DNA of 64,000 bases from a virus, in IMG/VR virus record IMGVR_UViG_3300030382_001297, positions 8,518-72,517 of that record. One strand, 5' to 3'. This document shows, piece after piece, positions 10,109-19,607 of the stretch; within the stretch, counting starts at the first letter, position 1; each line of letters begins with the position of its first letter. The notes below the pieces were generated by a model. It made no database searches and was not told the origin of the DNA. It was given only the letters and a program-made list of their open reading frames with translations. Made by a program: the position numbers and the translations under genes.

Positions 10109-11974
10109 TTAAATCTCACATTTGTCGCCCATACAAGCATACTCAGCTTTTCCTTGAGTATTGTCATTCATTTCGTATTTCGACAACTGTCTATAATCTA
10201 TTCGGGGTAGCTTCTTTATAAGCCTTTCGTAGGTTCTATGGTCGATTTCCTCATAAGGGGCCAATTTATAATGTCCTCCATCGTAAGGTAGGAAGGAAAC
10301 TCCGTTAATGATATCCCAGTTTTGATATACCCAATTACCTACTTCAAACCATTCATCATCTCTGACGTATACAGTCATACTAGCATTATGTTCACACCAG
10401 TTATGTTGTAAGTTTTTATAATGTTTTAATTGGTCTAACGCAGTTACATCCTTTCGAGTTATACAATTTTCAGGAGATTTAACAGGAAATTCTAATACCC
10501 AAGTAGAAACATTCCTTTTAGTCTGTCCATTTTCAGGATTACATTTTATCCCTGAGTCCTTCATTAATTTAAATAAGGGGTCTCTGTCTGCAATTCTATA
10601 GCGTCGGATGTAGTAATCTGACCAACGTGGATGTACTCCACTAGAAGAATCTACTAATTGTGAAACTGTGCCTGAAGGCTTGACACAAGTAGTGGCAGAT
10701 GGCATCTTTGTACCGAGGATACTCGAAGCTTTGCGAGAAATGCGTAAAACGCGGCTTTTAAGGGCCTTTAAAGCCTCCGAAGTCATCAAGGTGGGGTTAT
10801 CCATCTGTCCGGTCAAACTAACGCCTAGAAGCGCTTCTATGTCACAATTCTTTTTCCAGCCTTCTCTAAGGTATGGAAAGTAGGTAAATGAGCTCTGTAT
10901 AACACCGAGCCATGTAGCAGTCTCTACCTTATCTAAAAGGGTATCTAAATTATCCTCTGCTCTAACAACCACTTCGCTTAGGTTACAGAACTCCATATCT
11001 CTAAGCATTATCTCACCACAAGGGTTAGTACCCTGTATTAATGGAGCATATCTGCGTGATGGAGCTTTGCTCTGTGCAGCTTGGAGATTAAATATACCTC
11101 TCTCTCCTGTGCCTGATAGAGCTAATTCTGCCCATTCTTTTAGAAATTGTCCTGCTGAGGGCTTTTCTCTATATATAGCGCTATTGTTTGCCATAGCACG
11201 TTTAATAGGGAAAGGCCACTCTTTTGCATGACGCATGTCTTCATCATCAAGGCCACTCAAAGAGATTTGTGAGCTGCGTCTAACTCCACCCACTACCACG
11301 ATTTCAGCAATTTGATTACAAATATCATGAGCTTCCAACGTTGTGAGCTTTCGACCTTGGGCATTATGCATGGTTTCACGAATGAAATCATGTAACTTAA
11401 TAAGAGGAGCTGGACCTGAGGCACGACCTCCCATAGTGCGTAAGCGAGCTCCCTCTGGTCTAATTTGAGAATAATCAAAATGTATGTTTTGACCATCATA
11501 TAAATTTTGCATGAGCATCTTCACAGAGTCTGACCATCCAGCTTTGGAATCAAAGATAGGGATTTTGTCTAACGCTCTCCCCGATTTAATTTCCGGAATA
11601 TCCGGAAGTTTATCCACTTCTTCCTTCTCTACTGAAAAACCAAAGCCAGTCCCACACATTAGGATGTAAAGACACTCGGCAAAAGCTTCAACACAATTTA
11701 TTTTAGTAAAGGAGCAGTTATAAATGCATGTGTTATCAAACTTAGCAGCTGGTCCTGCTGCCCATAAAAATCTCATTGACGGCATTACGCCGAATTCTTT
11801 CATGTACTTTCTAATTTTATTAACCGTTTTCTCAGGTATCTCTGGCCTCTCTGAATAGATGAAATCTAAAAATCTCTCTATGGTTTCGGGCCACTCTTCT
11901 CTTCTTTTATCCTCATCAATCCAACGAGAATATGTTCTCTTATATATAAATTCTGCTACTTCGTTTTTAAACAT
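10109..11974 (-). CDS. nrdJ: Class II (adenosylcobalamin-dependent) ribonucleotide reductase
   Basis: NPCGEI active site, CNLSEV, TCVKPSGTVS, C-terminal CxxxxC; no beta-subunit gene nearby. Confidence 0.93.
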   Translation of the reverse strand: MFKNEVAEFIYKRTYSRWIDEDKRREEWPETIERFLDFIYSERPEIPEKTVNKIRKYMKEFGVMPSMRFLWAAGPAAKFDNTCIYNCSFTKINCVEAFAECLYILMCGTGFGFSVEKEEVDKLPDIPEIKSGRALDKIPIFDSKAGWSDSVKMLMQNLYDGQNIHFDYSQIRPEGARLRTMGGRASGPAPLIKLHDFIRETMHNAQGRKLTTLEAHDICNQIAEIVVVGGVRRSSQISLSGLDDEDMRHAKEWPFPIKRAMANNSAIYREKPSAGQFLKEWAELALSGTGERGIFNLQAAQSKAPSRRYAPLIQGTNPCGEIMLRDMEFCNLSEVVVRAEDNLDTLLDKVETATWLGVIQSSFTYFPYLREGWKKNCDIEALLGVSLTGQMDNPTLMTSEALKALKSRVLRISRKASSILGTKMPSATTCVKPSGTVSQLVDSSSGVHPRWSDYYIRRYRIADRDPLFKLMKDSGIKCNPENGQTKRNVSTWVLEFPVKSPENCITRKDVTALDQLKHYKNLQHNWCEHNASMTVYVRDDEWFEVGNWVYQNWDIINGVSFLPYDGGHYKLAPYEEIDHRTYERLIKKLPRIDYRQLSKYEMNDNTQGKAEYACMGDKCEI

Positions 11975-12149
11975 TTTTTACCACTCCTTTTGCGGTTCAT
12001 TACTATAGGTTTAGCCCCTATAAAAGGCTTACTACAAACTTATTTATAGTCTATTAAAACACGGTGACCACAAGTGCAATCCTCGTCGGTGTTGCACTTG
12101 CATTCACTTACTGATGATAGTGTCCCAGTAAAGCTTCCTAGCTTTACCA

Positions 12150-12335
12150 TTAAAGTGGGGCACCATCTTCATCGCAGACAACGTCTGCGTAATAACCTGT
12201 AGGGATAATATCACTTTTCTTAATTGTCATAAGCTCTCGCTTCTGTAATTCCTTATTAAATCTCCTAACTGTTACCATTGGTACTGAAGGCTCAGCCTTC
12301 TTTTTTGTTGCTTTTTTTGCTGCCATCGTTTTCAC
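12150..12335 (-). CDS. Small Lys-rich hypothetical protein
   Basis: ORF in a tightly packed minus-strand run. Confidence 0.5.
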   Translation of the reverse strand: MKTMAAKKATKKKAEPSVPMVTVRRFNKELQKRELMTIKKSDIIPTGYYADVVCDEDGAPL

Positions 12336-12488
12336 CTATTGAACTGGAACAACTCTTCCGTCTTTGTATCTTCGTACTAAAACCCCTGTTGGAGTCATAT
12401 CTTCTACAAAGTCGCTTGAAGGGTCTACTTCTTTTTCCACCACTACGGGTGCTTCTTTCTTAGCTGCTTCCTTTTTATCTTTTGCCAT
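12336..12488 (-). CDS. 50-aa hypothetical protein (not in ORF track)
   Basis: Manual translation MAKDKKEAAKKEAPVVVEKEVDPSSDFVEDMTPTGVLVRRYKDGRVVPVQ fills the gap between neighbours. Confidence 0.55.
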   Translation of the reverse strand: MAKDKKEAAKKEAPVVVEKEVDPSSDFVEDMTPTGVLVRRYKDGRVVPVQ

Positions 12489-12490
12489 GA

Positions 12491-12655
12491 TTAATCACTT
12501 TTCCTGCTACGTCTAGCGTTTTTCTTTTTCTTCATTTTGTTCGTTGAACGTTCTGGAAGTTTACTCCCCTTCGGAGTCTCCTTCTCCCATCTCTTCGCCA
12601 TCTCCGGCTTCTTCTTGTACATCCAACGTCTCTGTGCTTTGCTCTTGAACGGCAT
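12491..12655 (-). CDS. 54-aa very basic protein (not in ORF track), overlapping the upstream ORF
   Basis: MPFKSKAQRRWMYKKKPEMAKRWEKETPKGSKLPERSTNKMKKKKNARRSRKSD, with GGAGG just upstream of the ATG. Resembles a recurrent small basic phage protein type. Confidence 0.65.
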   Translation of the reverse strand: MPFKSKAQRRWMYKKKPEMAKRWEKETPKGSKLPERSTNKMKKKKNARRSRKSD

Positions 12656-12935
12656 CTTCCTCCGGTGTTATCTCCTTGATGTATAGTTGCCAGTCTTTGA
12701 CTAAGTCATTAGATTCCAAGAACTGTTGAAGGATTGTATTGTTTTGTTCTAACGCTCCTCTAAGTTCGTTTATATGACTGTCAGCACCTTGCATTCTTTC
12801 ACCAAGTTGTCTGGTTTGCGTAACTAGGAAATTCATGTTATCCATAGTTTGCGCTGGTCCTGAGTTATTCTCAAACTCTTTTATCCATTTCTCTACGTCG
12901 TTCAAACGCTTATCTACTCTTTTTAATGTTGCCAT
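12561..12935 (-). CDS. Coiled-coil protein with acidic tail
   Basis: Heptad-like helical sequence; GGAG RBS upstream. Confidence 0.6.
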   Translation of the reverse strand: MATLKRVDKRLNDVEKWIKEFENNSGPAQTMDNMNFLVTQTRQLGERMQGADSHINELRGALEQNNTILQQFLESNDLVKDWQLYIKEITPEEDAVQEQSTETLDVQEEAGDGEEMGEGDSEGE

Positions 12936-12948
12936 TGTTCATTTCTCC

Positions 12949-14016
12949 TTAGGCACACCCACATTTTTCAGTGCATATACCAAGTTGTATTAACTTATCC
13001 CTTGAATACCTATTTAAAGCTTTCGACCTAATTAGCTCTATTTGCCGTCCTGCGACGTTTGGGTCGTCAGTATACCAACCATAATCTCCTGCTGGTTCAT
13101 TGTAGATACTGTTGAAGATAAAGTAAATGTCTCGATTGCTATAAGCTGCTGTTATTAGCTCAGTAGCAATTATGTTATTATGTTCGTGACTGCTATGTCC
13201 ACGCTCTATATTAAGCTCTATTAGCTTCATTATACATCCCCTTAAAGGCTTTATATAATCATTGCTTATATCAGAGCCTATCTTAATAGAGCCTGATGCC
13301 TTCTCTATTTCATTCAATAAATAATCTATACTATTAGATACTGTATGTTTTATTTCTAATGTATCACAAATAAATTCTACAAAATTACGTTGTGCTTTTT
13401 TACTTTTCTCTGGAGGTATGGTTGTACCATTATCTTCTTGAGCTAAAGCATACAGTTCTTCTATACTCATTTTCATTATATTATCTACAGAAAACTGAGT
13501 ACACCAAACACCAGTAGGCTCTCCTGTAATCTTAGATATATAAGGTGTGTTAACTATACGTCTCATACAGGACACACTGTTGTTTATACATATCTCATCT
13601 AGTGTTGAAAGGTGGTATTTCTTTTTAAGATGTAAAAGATATTCCTTGATTGACTTACGTTTAAGATGGTCAGGTAAATCTACATAGGTCCAGAAATCTA
13701 TATTCATCTGAAATCCTTTTCCTCCCGTTAAATATATACGTGGAGTTATCCCTAATGGTTTACAAAATCTTCTTATGAATTTTCTAACATCCATAAGACA
13801 TTTCTTAACGTCTTTATTATGGTCAAAGTCAAACCATATGGTATTAAGGACCGCAGATTCATATTTTGATTTTCCATCTTCTTTCTCTTCTGCGAAAACA
13901 TATACACTAGAATAACAGTTTTTCTTTCCGCTATACTTCTTTACTTGCTTTTCGATGTCTTCGACTGTTTTGCACTTTGCGATTCTTGCTGGGATTCCAA
14001 ATTCTCTATAATACAT
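12949..14016 (-). CDS. priS: Archaeo-eukaryotic primase (PriS catalytic domain) fused to a PriL/PriX-like C-terminal domain
   Basis: AEP motifs WFDFD and TGGKGFQ. The C-terminal 'CIMKLI..G.SSHEHN..IATEL...C..C.C' resembles the PriL C-terminal domain. Confidence 0.8.
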   Translation of the reverse strand: MYYREFGIPARIAKCKTVEDIEKQVKKYSGKKNCYSSVYVFAEEKEDGKSKYESAVLNTIWFDFDHNKDVKKCLMDVRKFIRRFCKPLGITPRIYLTGGKGFQMNIDFWTYVDLPDHLKRKSIKEYLLHLKKKYHLSTLDEICINNSVSCMRRIVNTPYISKITGEPTGVWCTQFSVDNIMKMSIEELYALAQEDNGTTIPPEKSKKAQRNFVEFICDTLEIKHTVSNSIDYLLNEIEKASGSIKIGSDISNDYIKPLRGCIMKLIELNIERGHSSHEHNNIIATELITAAYSNRDIYFIFNSIYNEPAGDYGWYTDDPNVAGRQIELIRSKALNRYSRDKLIQLGICTEKCGCA

Positions 14017-14324
14017 AATTCATTTCTCGTTGGTTCTATAATACCGTCTCCTACTTTTTCCATTACTTCAATGCTTTGACACCAATCTCTAGGGATTGCT
14101 AGTATGTCAATTCCATCTGTATCAGACCAATGCTGTACCAGTATTAAAGCCTTTCGGTCTTTAACTATCAGTTCACCTATAGTCTCGCATACTGCTAGGT
14201 GTTCTTCTGGTTTAGCTGCATTGATTGTGTGTACTTTTATCTGCTGTGCTGCGTCATTCCATGTGACTTTTACTATAGGGCCTACCGCCCCAATTCCTCT
14301 TGCTTCGTTGTCCATTCTTTCCAT
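13941..14324 (-). CDS. Hypothetical protein (small beta-barrel-like)
   Basis: 'VKVTWNDA...CETIGEL...AIPRDWCQSIE' pattern is seen in phage hypothetical proteins. Confidence 0.5.
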   Translation of the reverse strand: MERMDNEARGIGAVGPIVKVTWNDAAQQIKVHTINAAKPEEHLAVCETIGELIVKDRKALILVQHWSDTDGIDILAIPRDWCQSIEVMEKVGDGIIEPTRNELCIIENLESQQESQSAKQSKTSKSK

Positions 14325-14662
14325 TCCTCAAATAACATTGCTATGATACCACAATCTCCAAAGTTTGTGTGGTATTTTGCGTTAGGTGGTGTTTCATCTA
14401 CAAATATAGGATTCTTCGGCCTATCAAACAATAACCTATCATAAGGCACTTGCTGTAATTGTAACCACTGTTCTGTTATTAACTTCACTTCCAATGTGTT
14501 AGGTCGAACACACCATATAGTTATATGATGGTCTCGATTTTTTAACCATTGCATAAATTCAACTACATTCATTAAAGGCTGGGCGTGTTTCCAAAGTAAT
14601 TTATCTTCGGGCTTACAGATAACACCGTCTAGTTGAAAAACTAAGTGCATCTTTCCTCCCAT
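14282..14662 (-). CDS. HAD-superfamily-like protein, degenerate motif I
   Basis: 'VFQLDGVIC' where DxDG is expected, plus 'ITIWCVR' and 'TEQWL...VPYDRLLFDRP...FVDE'. Confidence 0.6.
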   Translation of the reverse strand: MGGKMHLVFQLDGVICKPEDKLLWKHAQPLMNVVEFMQWLKNRDHHITIWCVRPNTLEVKLITEQWLQLQQVPYDRLLFDRPKNPIFVDETPPNAKYHTNFGDCGIIAMLFEEWKEWTTKQEELGR

Positions 14663-16134
14663 ACCTTAGCCATTGCTATCCACCGCTTATCAACCTGCTT
14701 CCAGTCATATTCTTTTAAAACTTTTTTACGGGCTTCTTTACCCATAGTTAAAGCCTTTTTAGGGTTGTGATATATATAATCACATGCATCCGCTATAGCT
14801 ACTGCGGAACATATTGCTCTCTGAGGAGCAGCTCGATTAGGTGTATCCCACCACATATCTTTATAAGGTAGTAATATACCTGCTTTACATATATCTTCTT
14901 CTATTAATTTATTCCTACCATTTTCCATTTCAGACGTACCGGGTTCTCCTCCTAAAGGATATAAAGGTATATCTGCGGTTTCTGGGTCTTCTTCTCTAAT
15001 AATCTCCCATGCTGTTGTATAATTAGTTACAGCTACAGGTACTCCACATGACATTGCTTCTACAGTAGGAATTCCAAAACCTTCACCAGCAGTAGGTAAA
15101 ACAAAAAGGTCCATACAATTATATAGATTGGCTAGTCCTTCTTCATCTAATGCTTGTCCTAAATCTAATACACCCATCATAGGTGGTAGTAAGTATTCTT
15201 CTATACCATAGTGTTTTGCATAGTCTGGTAGAGGCCATCCCATTGCATCCTTCCAATCCATATGTAAAATCAATCTAACGTCTTTAGGTTTTAAATTATT
15301 TCTATCTACGAATTCTTTAAATCCTTTCAATAAAATAGGTATATTTTTTCTATGTTGATTTCTTGCGACACACCCCACAACGAAAGCGTTTCCTGCTAAT
15401 TCTTTAAGGGGTTTATCACCATACATCGGATTGAGTATAGGTTTAAATACATCTTGAGCATCAACACCATGAGGTATATACCAAGACTCTTCACAACCTG
15501 TAAACTGTTGCTCCATACATAGTTGTCCATATCTAGACATACATATCTTATAATCTATATGGTTTAGTGAGTTTTGCCATGAAGGTATACATGGTGTTCC
15601 ATCAAATGGTATAGTAGCTGCCCACTTCCATTTGGTTTTTAATTTAATATCTTTATATATTTTCTTGAACATTTCATTTTGTTCTTTGTTTGTTGTTCTC
15701 TTACCTGTTTCTGGGTTCCATAAAGGAACATTTGCATTAGCGGGTTGTTTATGTGCAGCAACATGACCGAACATTTGAAAATCTAAATGTGTCCATATTA
15801 TATCGGGTCTAAAATTCTGACACCATATAGGGAAAGACTTTTCACCAAACTTCTCCTGTCCCGGCGCAGTGATAGGAAGATTTTCTATAGTATAGGTTTC
15901 TCCTTCATAAGGTATCTCATAAGGAGTGTGCTGTGGATTTTGACATCCTCCATATCCTACATGATGACCTTCTCTAGTAAAGATAGCTGATACATTTTTA
16001 GTATTAGTTCCGAAACCAGTAGGGGCCCATGGGCTGTCCGATATAGGCATTATCCTTAATTTACCCTTCTTTGGTGTGTCCCATTTAAACTCGTGTGAGC
16101 TGGGGTCATTAGGGTTTTGTAGTTTCTTAGTCAT
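14641..16134 (-). CDS. GT-B (GT4-like) glycosyltransferase
   Basis: 'PTGFG', 'IPHGVD', 'VARNQHRKN' and 'DLFVLPTAGEGFGIPTVEAMSCGVPV' (EX7E motif). Confidence 0.88.
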   Translation of the reverse strand: MTKKLQNPNDPSSHEFKWDTPKKGKLRIMPISDSPWAPTGFGTNTKNVSAIFTREGHHVGYGGCQNPQHTPYEIPYEGETYTIENLPITAPGQEKFGEKSFPIWCQNFRPDIIWTHLDFQMFGHVAAHKQPANANVPLWNPETGKRTTNKEQNEMFKKIYKDIKLKTKWKWAATIPFDGTPCIPSWQNSLNHIDYKICMSRYGQLCMEQQFTGCEESWYIPHGVDAQDVFKPILNPMYGDKPLKELAGNAFVVGCVARNQHRKNIPILLKGFKEFVDRNNLKPKDVRLILHMDWKDAMGWPLPDYAKHYGIEEYLLPPMMGVLDLGQALDEEGLANLYNCMDLFVLPTAGEGFGIPTVEAMSCGVPVAVTNYTTAWEIIREEDPETADIPLYPLGGEPGTSEMENGRNKLIEEDICKAGILLPYKDMWWDTPNRAAPQRAICSAVAIADACDYIYHNPKKALTMGKEARKKVLKEYDWKQVDKRWIAMAKVWEERCT

Positions 16135-16141
16135 AAAAATC

Positions 16142-16336
16142 TCACTGTTTTATAGCAATGACATCTCTCTTATTCACTACGACTGTACCTTTCTCTCCAG
16201 TAAGGTACACAAAATTATCATCGTCGTGTTTTATCATTCCTCTGCCGACCTTAGTCTTTTCCTCTTCTCGCCATACTACTTTAACCTCTTTATCTTGTAA
16301 AAAAGAAGCAAGTCCTTTACCATCATTTTCGTCCAT
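16142..16336 (-). CDS. Sm/Lsm-like RNA-binding protein
   Basis: 64 aa: short helix then 'L.DKEVKV.....GRGMI..DD..VYL......VVN..DVIAI', matching the Sm1/Sm2 pattern. Own TATA box at ~16415. Confidence 0.55.
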   Translation of the reverse strand: MDENDGKGLASFLQDKEVKVVWREEEKTKVGRGMIKHDDDNFVYLTGEKGTVVVNKRDVIAIKQ

Positions 16337-16433
16337 TATATTTCTCCTTGTCGTCTAAATGGAAGCCAATCTTATGCCTCAACTTATAGACTAGAGATAT
16401 ATATGTCGGTGGCCTATATAAAGATTGTGGCAT

Positions 16434-18653
16434 CTATATCCACTCCAATAAGCTCTTTTGTTTCTTATCTAAGACCGTTAATGGTGGTCTTTTCTTTATC
16501 CATTTCTGTAATTGAAACTTATGTAGTAATGTACTAATAGTGTCCCAATAGTATCTCATATCTATCTCATCTATATCTTTGACGGTAGATTCTAACTTAT
16601 AACCTTCTTTAGTTTTAACATAATAATATGTAGTGCCTTCAGTAGGTTCTATACCTATCTTCTCACCCATATCAATCAACTTCAAAATCAAATCTGTTTC
16701 TGATTTGTAGTCTCCTTTTTTACGACCTTGACTCTTTCGCATAACAAAGTCATCTAATTCATATTCTTGTAACTCATATAGTTTATCAATGAAACTACTG
16801 TTAACGGTATTGTTTATACGACTATTTATGATTTTATCCAATACCTTAAGATAGAATTTAGAGCGACTCGTTGCTTTGAATGTACTTCCATGTTTGGTCA
16901 GACTACCATCTTCATTTCTCAGTACATAATTACCTATTTGAAGCCAAACACCTTCTTTATAGTAGTCTTTATCCATTGAAATATGTTCAGACTCAGAATC
17001 AGGGACAACATGTTTTAGTAAACTCCTTAATCTTTTTACCAACCATTCGACATCCACATCCACATTAGTATTAATCCCATCTGTATGTACATATACCACA
17101 GCATCTTCTCCATACCTGCCACGGATGATATTGACCCCCGATAAAAGGAGCCATCTGGCAACCGCTGTGATAGTAATACCCACAGCCATATCACCATAAG
17201 AGATGTAAGGATTAGCGTTTGCACCATAGAATGTATTCACCATTATTTTTAGAGCATTGGACTTGCTCTTATCTTCTTTCGTCGACCCAAGTTTATAAGG
17301 CTTTCGCATTTCGGTAAATTCGGTACACATATTATATAGACAGCTCTTCCGAGACTGGTCTATTTTAACCTTTATTCTTTTACCCACCTTGTTATCAGGT
17401 ACATAAAGTACTCCATCTTTGAATTCTAGTTTCTCATTATAGTCCTCATAACCTATTATTTGAGTAGTATCTGGCCCCAAATTAAGCGCCATTGAGATAG
17501 AGGGATAGAACGCACTAAAGTCTACCTTTATATTCTTCTGATGAAAACCGGGGCGATAAAGCTCTATGTGGGCAGCTTGATAGTTGCCCCTGTCAGCTTT
17601 ATATATCTCAGGGTGTCTGTCCTTATTCCTATCAAGCGTTACTATGCTTTGCTCAAATAAGCTCCTCCCTTGTAATATTTTAGTTATATAACTAGATGGA
17701 GCATTGGTATAAGTTGCCAGTGGAACGCATAGTGTCTCAGCGACATACTGAATCTGAGGGAAATAATGGTTGTAAAGATACATCGTAGCGTCAACATCAC
17801 TTAAGACGTATTCGTGTATCTCTTCTATTGAATAATCCAAAAGGTCATTGTTAGCAAAGTCGAGCTCAATAGGCTCTAGTCCAAAATTCTTTGCTACACT
17901 TTTTAAACCTCGTGGTATACCTGATAGGGAGTAATCAAGTCTTGTCCATCTCAGTAAGTCTAGAACTATGCGTCCTCCAGCGTTCATCTTCAATTCTTTC
18001 TGGTCTTTAGGTGGTTCCCATCCCCACTCACTATTATCTCTATTTAATATCTTTTTATATCCTTTAAGGCCATGAAACTTAGCTCTGTGCAGTATTTGTG
18101 GTATATCATAACCTACTAAGTTATATCCACAAATTATATCTGGGTCATAGTCGTGTACATACTCAGCGAACTTCAGTATAACATCTCTGTCATCCTCTCC
18201 ATCCCAAAGTAATACTTCACGCTCTCCAGTAGACGTTACTATTCCTATAGCTACGACAGGATATTTTTCACCAAAAGGAAAACCTCCGTCGGGTGAGTGC
18301 GTTTCTATATCGAATACGAGACATTTTAAATCATCCGTATTAGGGTATGATTTAAAGAAGTCAGGGTGTTCAATTAAGAGTCGCTCAAGTAAGGCTTCAC
18401 GTCCACCATCATAGAGCGCATTCGGTGGCACAGCATCTCTCTTCGGCACGTAATTATGTTTTGAGAGCTTAACGGTTTTGTCACTAGCGATGGTCTTATA
18501 CTCCTCACCAGTTTCATCAGCCGTATAGTAATATGGAATAAGAGGACTCTTAACTGCCTCTGTCTTTCCATTTCGGTATATCTTAATTTTCAAAGAGCCA
18601 TCTCTTAAATCAATAGTTCTATGACTAACAGTGGCTATTAGGGGTACATTCAT
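16434..18653 (-). CDS. polB: Family B DNA polymerase
   Basis: ExoI FDIET, ExoII YNxxxYD, ExoIII YVLSD, motif A DFSAFYPS, motif B KIMVNTFYG, motif C variant YVHTDG. Confidence 0.93.
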   Translation of the reverse strand: MNVPLIATVSHRTIDLRDGSLKIKIYRNGKTEAVKSPLIPYYYTADETGEEYKTIASDKTVKLSKHNYVPKRDAVPPNALYDGGREALLERLLIEHPDFFKSYPNTDDLKCLVFDIETHSPDGGFPFGEKYPVVAIGIVTSTGEREVLLWDGEDDRDVILKFAEYVHDYDPDIICGYNLVGYDIPQILHRAKFHGLKGYKKILNRDNSEWGWEPPKDQKELKMNAGGRIVLDLLRWTRLDYSLSGIPRGLKSVAKNFGLEPIELDFANNDLLDYSIEEIHEYVLSDVDATMYLYNHYFPQIQYVAETLCVPLATYTNAPSSYITKILQGRSLFEQSIVTLDRNKDRHPEIYKADRGNYQAAHIELYRPGFHQKNIKVDFSAFYPSISMALNLGPDTTQIIGYEDYNEKLEFKDGVLYVPDNKVGKRIKVKIDQSRKSCLYNMCTEFTEMRKPYKLGSTKEDKSKSNALKIMVNTFYGANANPYISYGDMAVGITITAVARWLLLSGVNIIRGRYGEDAVVYVHTDGINTNVDVDVEWLVKRLRSLLKHVVPDSESEHISMDKDYYKEGVWLQIGNYVLRNEDGSLTKHGSTFKATSRSKFYLKVLDKIINSRINNTVNSSFIDKLYELQEYELDDFVMRKSQGRKKGDYKSETDLILKLIDMGEKIGIEPTEGTTYYYVKTKEGYKLESTVKDIDEIDMRYYWDTISTLLHKFQLQKWIKKRPPLTVLDKKQKSLLEWI

Positions 18654-18904
18654 GACGCAGGTAACTCCTTAATATCATCATCTTCAGTTACTTCCCACAT
18701 CTGTATCAAACCAATGGCATCACGCACAGCGTTAGCCATAGAGGAATGATACATAAACATTGCTTTACTTTCTTCATCTCCTAGTATATCTGATTTAACT
18801 TCTTCAGCTATCGACTCATGGAAGTTAACGCAGTGGTATAAAAGGTCTATCCATTGTTCACGTTCTTTATCGGTATTAACTTTTAATGTTTTTATCTCAC
18901 TCAT
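18650..18904 (-). CDS. Hypothetical protein
   Basis: Stop/start-coupled ORF in the replication operon. Confidence 0.55.
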   Translation of the reverse strand: MSEIKTLKVNTDKEREQWIDLLYHCVNFHESIAEEVKSDILGDEESKAMFMYHSSMANAVRDAIGLIQMWEVTEDDDIKELPAS

Positions 18905-19275
18905 CTATCGTCGCCATCACCCTTTATGGTGTCTTTCACCATGCGTTGATTGAGTTTGTCTATATTGTTTATCATAACGTCATAGAAAGTTATTCCTAGT
19001 ACGTCTAATATGCGTGTGTAGTACCATAAAACATCTCCTAACTCAGACTCCATCGCCTTATTAAAATCTTGTACTACCATCATATCTCCTCTAAGATGTT
19101 TCTTAAATTTTCCTAGTACTTCACCCACTTCATTTGCTAGCCCTATCATTAGGTATTCCATTTCTACTTCTTTAGGATACTGGGCTGTAGTTCTTGTGAA
19201 CTCTTTATATGTTTCTTCCCATCCTAGATTGATAGTCATGCCCTGTGGCTCTTTCTTCTTTTCTTCTTTCACCAT
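18901..19275 (-). CDS. mazG: MazG-like nucleotide pyrophosphohydrolase
   Basis: 'GLANEVGEV..K.KK..R...ELGDVLWY...NIDKL..R...IKG.GD.R'. Confidence 0.88.
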   Translation of the reverse strand: MVKEEKKKEPQGMTINLGWEETYKEFTRTTAQYPKEVEMEYLMIGLANEVGEVLGKFKKHLRGDMMVVQDFNKAMESELGDVLWYYTRILDVLGITFYDVMINNIDKLNQRMVKDTIKGDGDDR

Positions 19276-19607
19276 ATGTTCATCTCCTCTGGTATTATAT
19301 CTCTATTTAAAATCCATTTTCTCTCTGTTGGTAAATATCTATGTACTAAATCAGCCTTGTGTTCTGCTTGTACCACCCACGGCTTAACAAGTATAAGGTC
19401 TCTTTCTCTTACCCACATTCTCCTTTTAAATTTACCACCTATTCTAACCATGCGTATCTTTCCATCTTCACACATAGCTAAAAGTCTCGAACCCCCAGAC
19501 ATCTCACGGACAACAGCGAACTGTTCATTTTTCACTGGTAATTTAACCTTTCTTGTAATGTGTCCTGATGGCTTTGGTTTCTTTTTCATTGTAATCTCCT
19601 TCTGCAT
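19269..19607 (-). CDS. eif1a: Archaeal translation initiation factor aIF-1A homologue
   Basis: 'LP..NEQFAVV.EM.GG.RL...C.DGK.RM.RI.GK.KRRMWVRE.D.ILVKPW.VQ...KADLV.RY' is the canonical eIF1A/aIF-1A OB fold. Confidence 0.9.
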   Translation of the reverse strand: MQKEITMKKKPKPSGHITRKVKLPVKNEQFAVVREMSGGSRLLAMCEDGKIRMVRIGGKFKRRMWVRERDLILVKPWVVQAEHKADLVHRYLPTERKWILNRDIIPEEMNIW

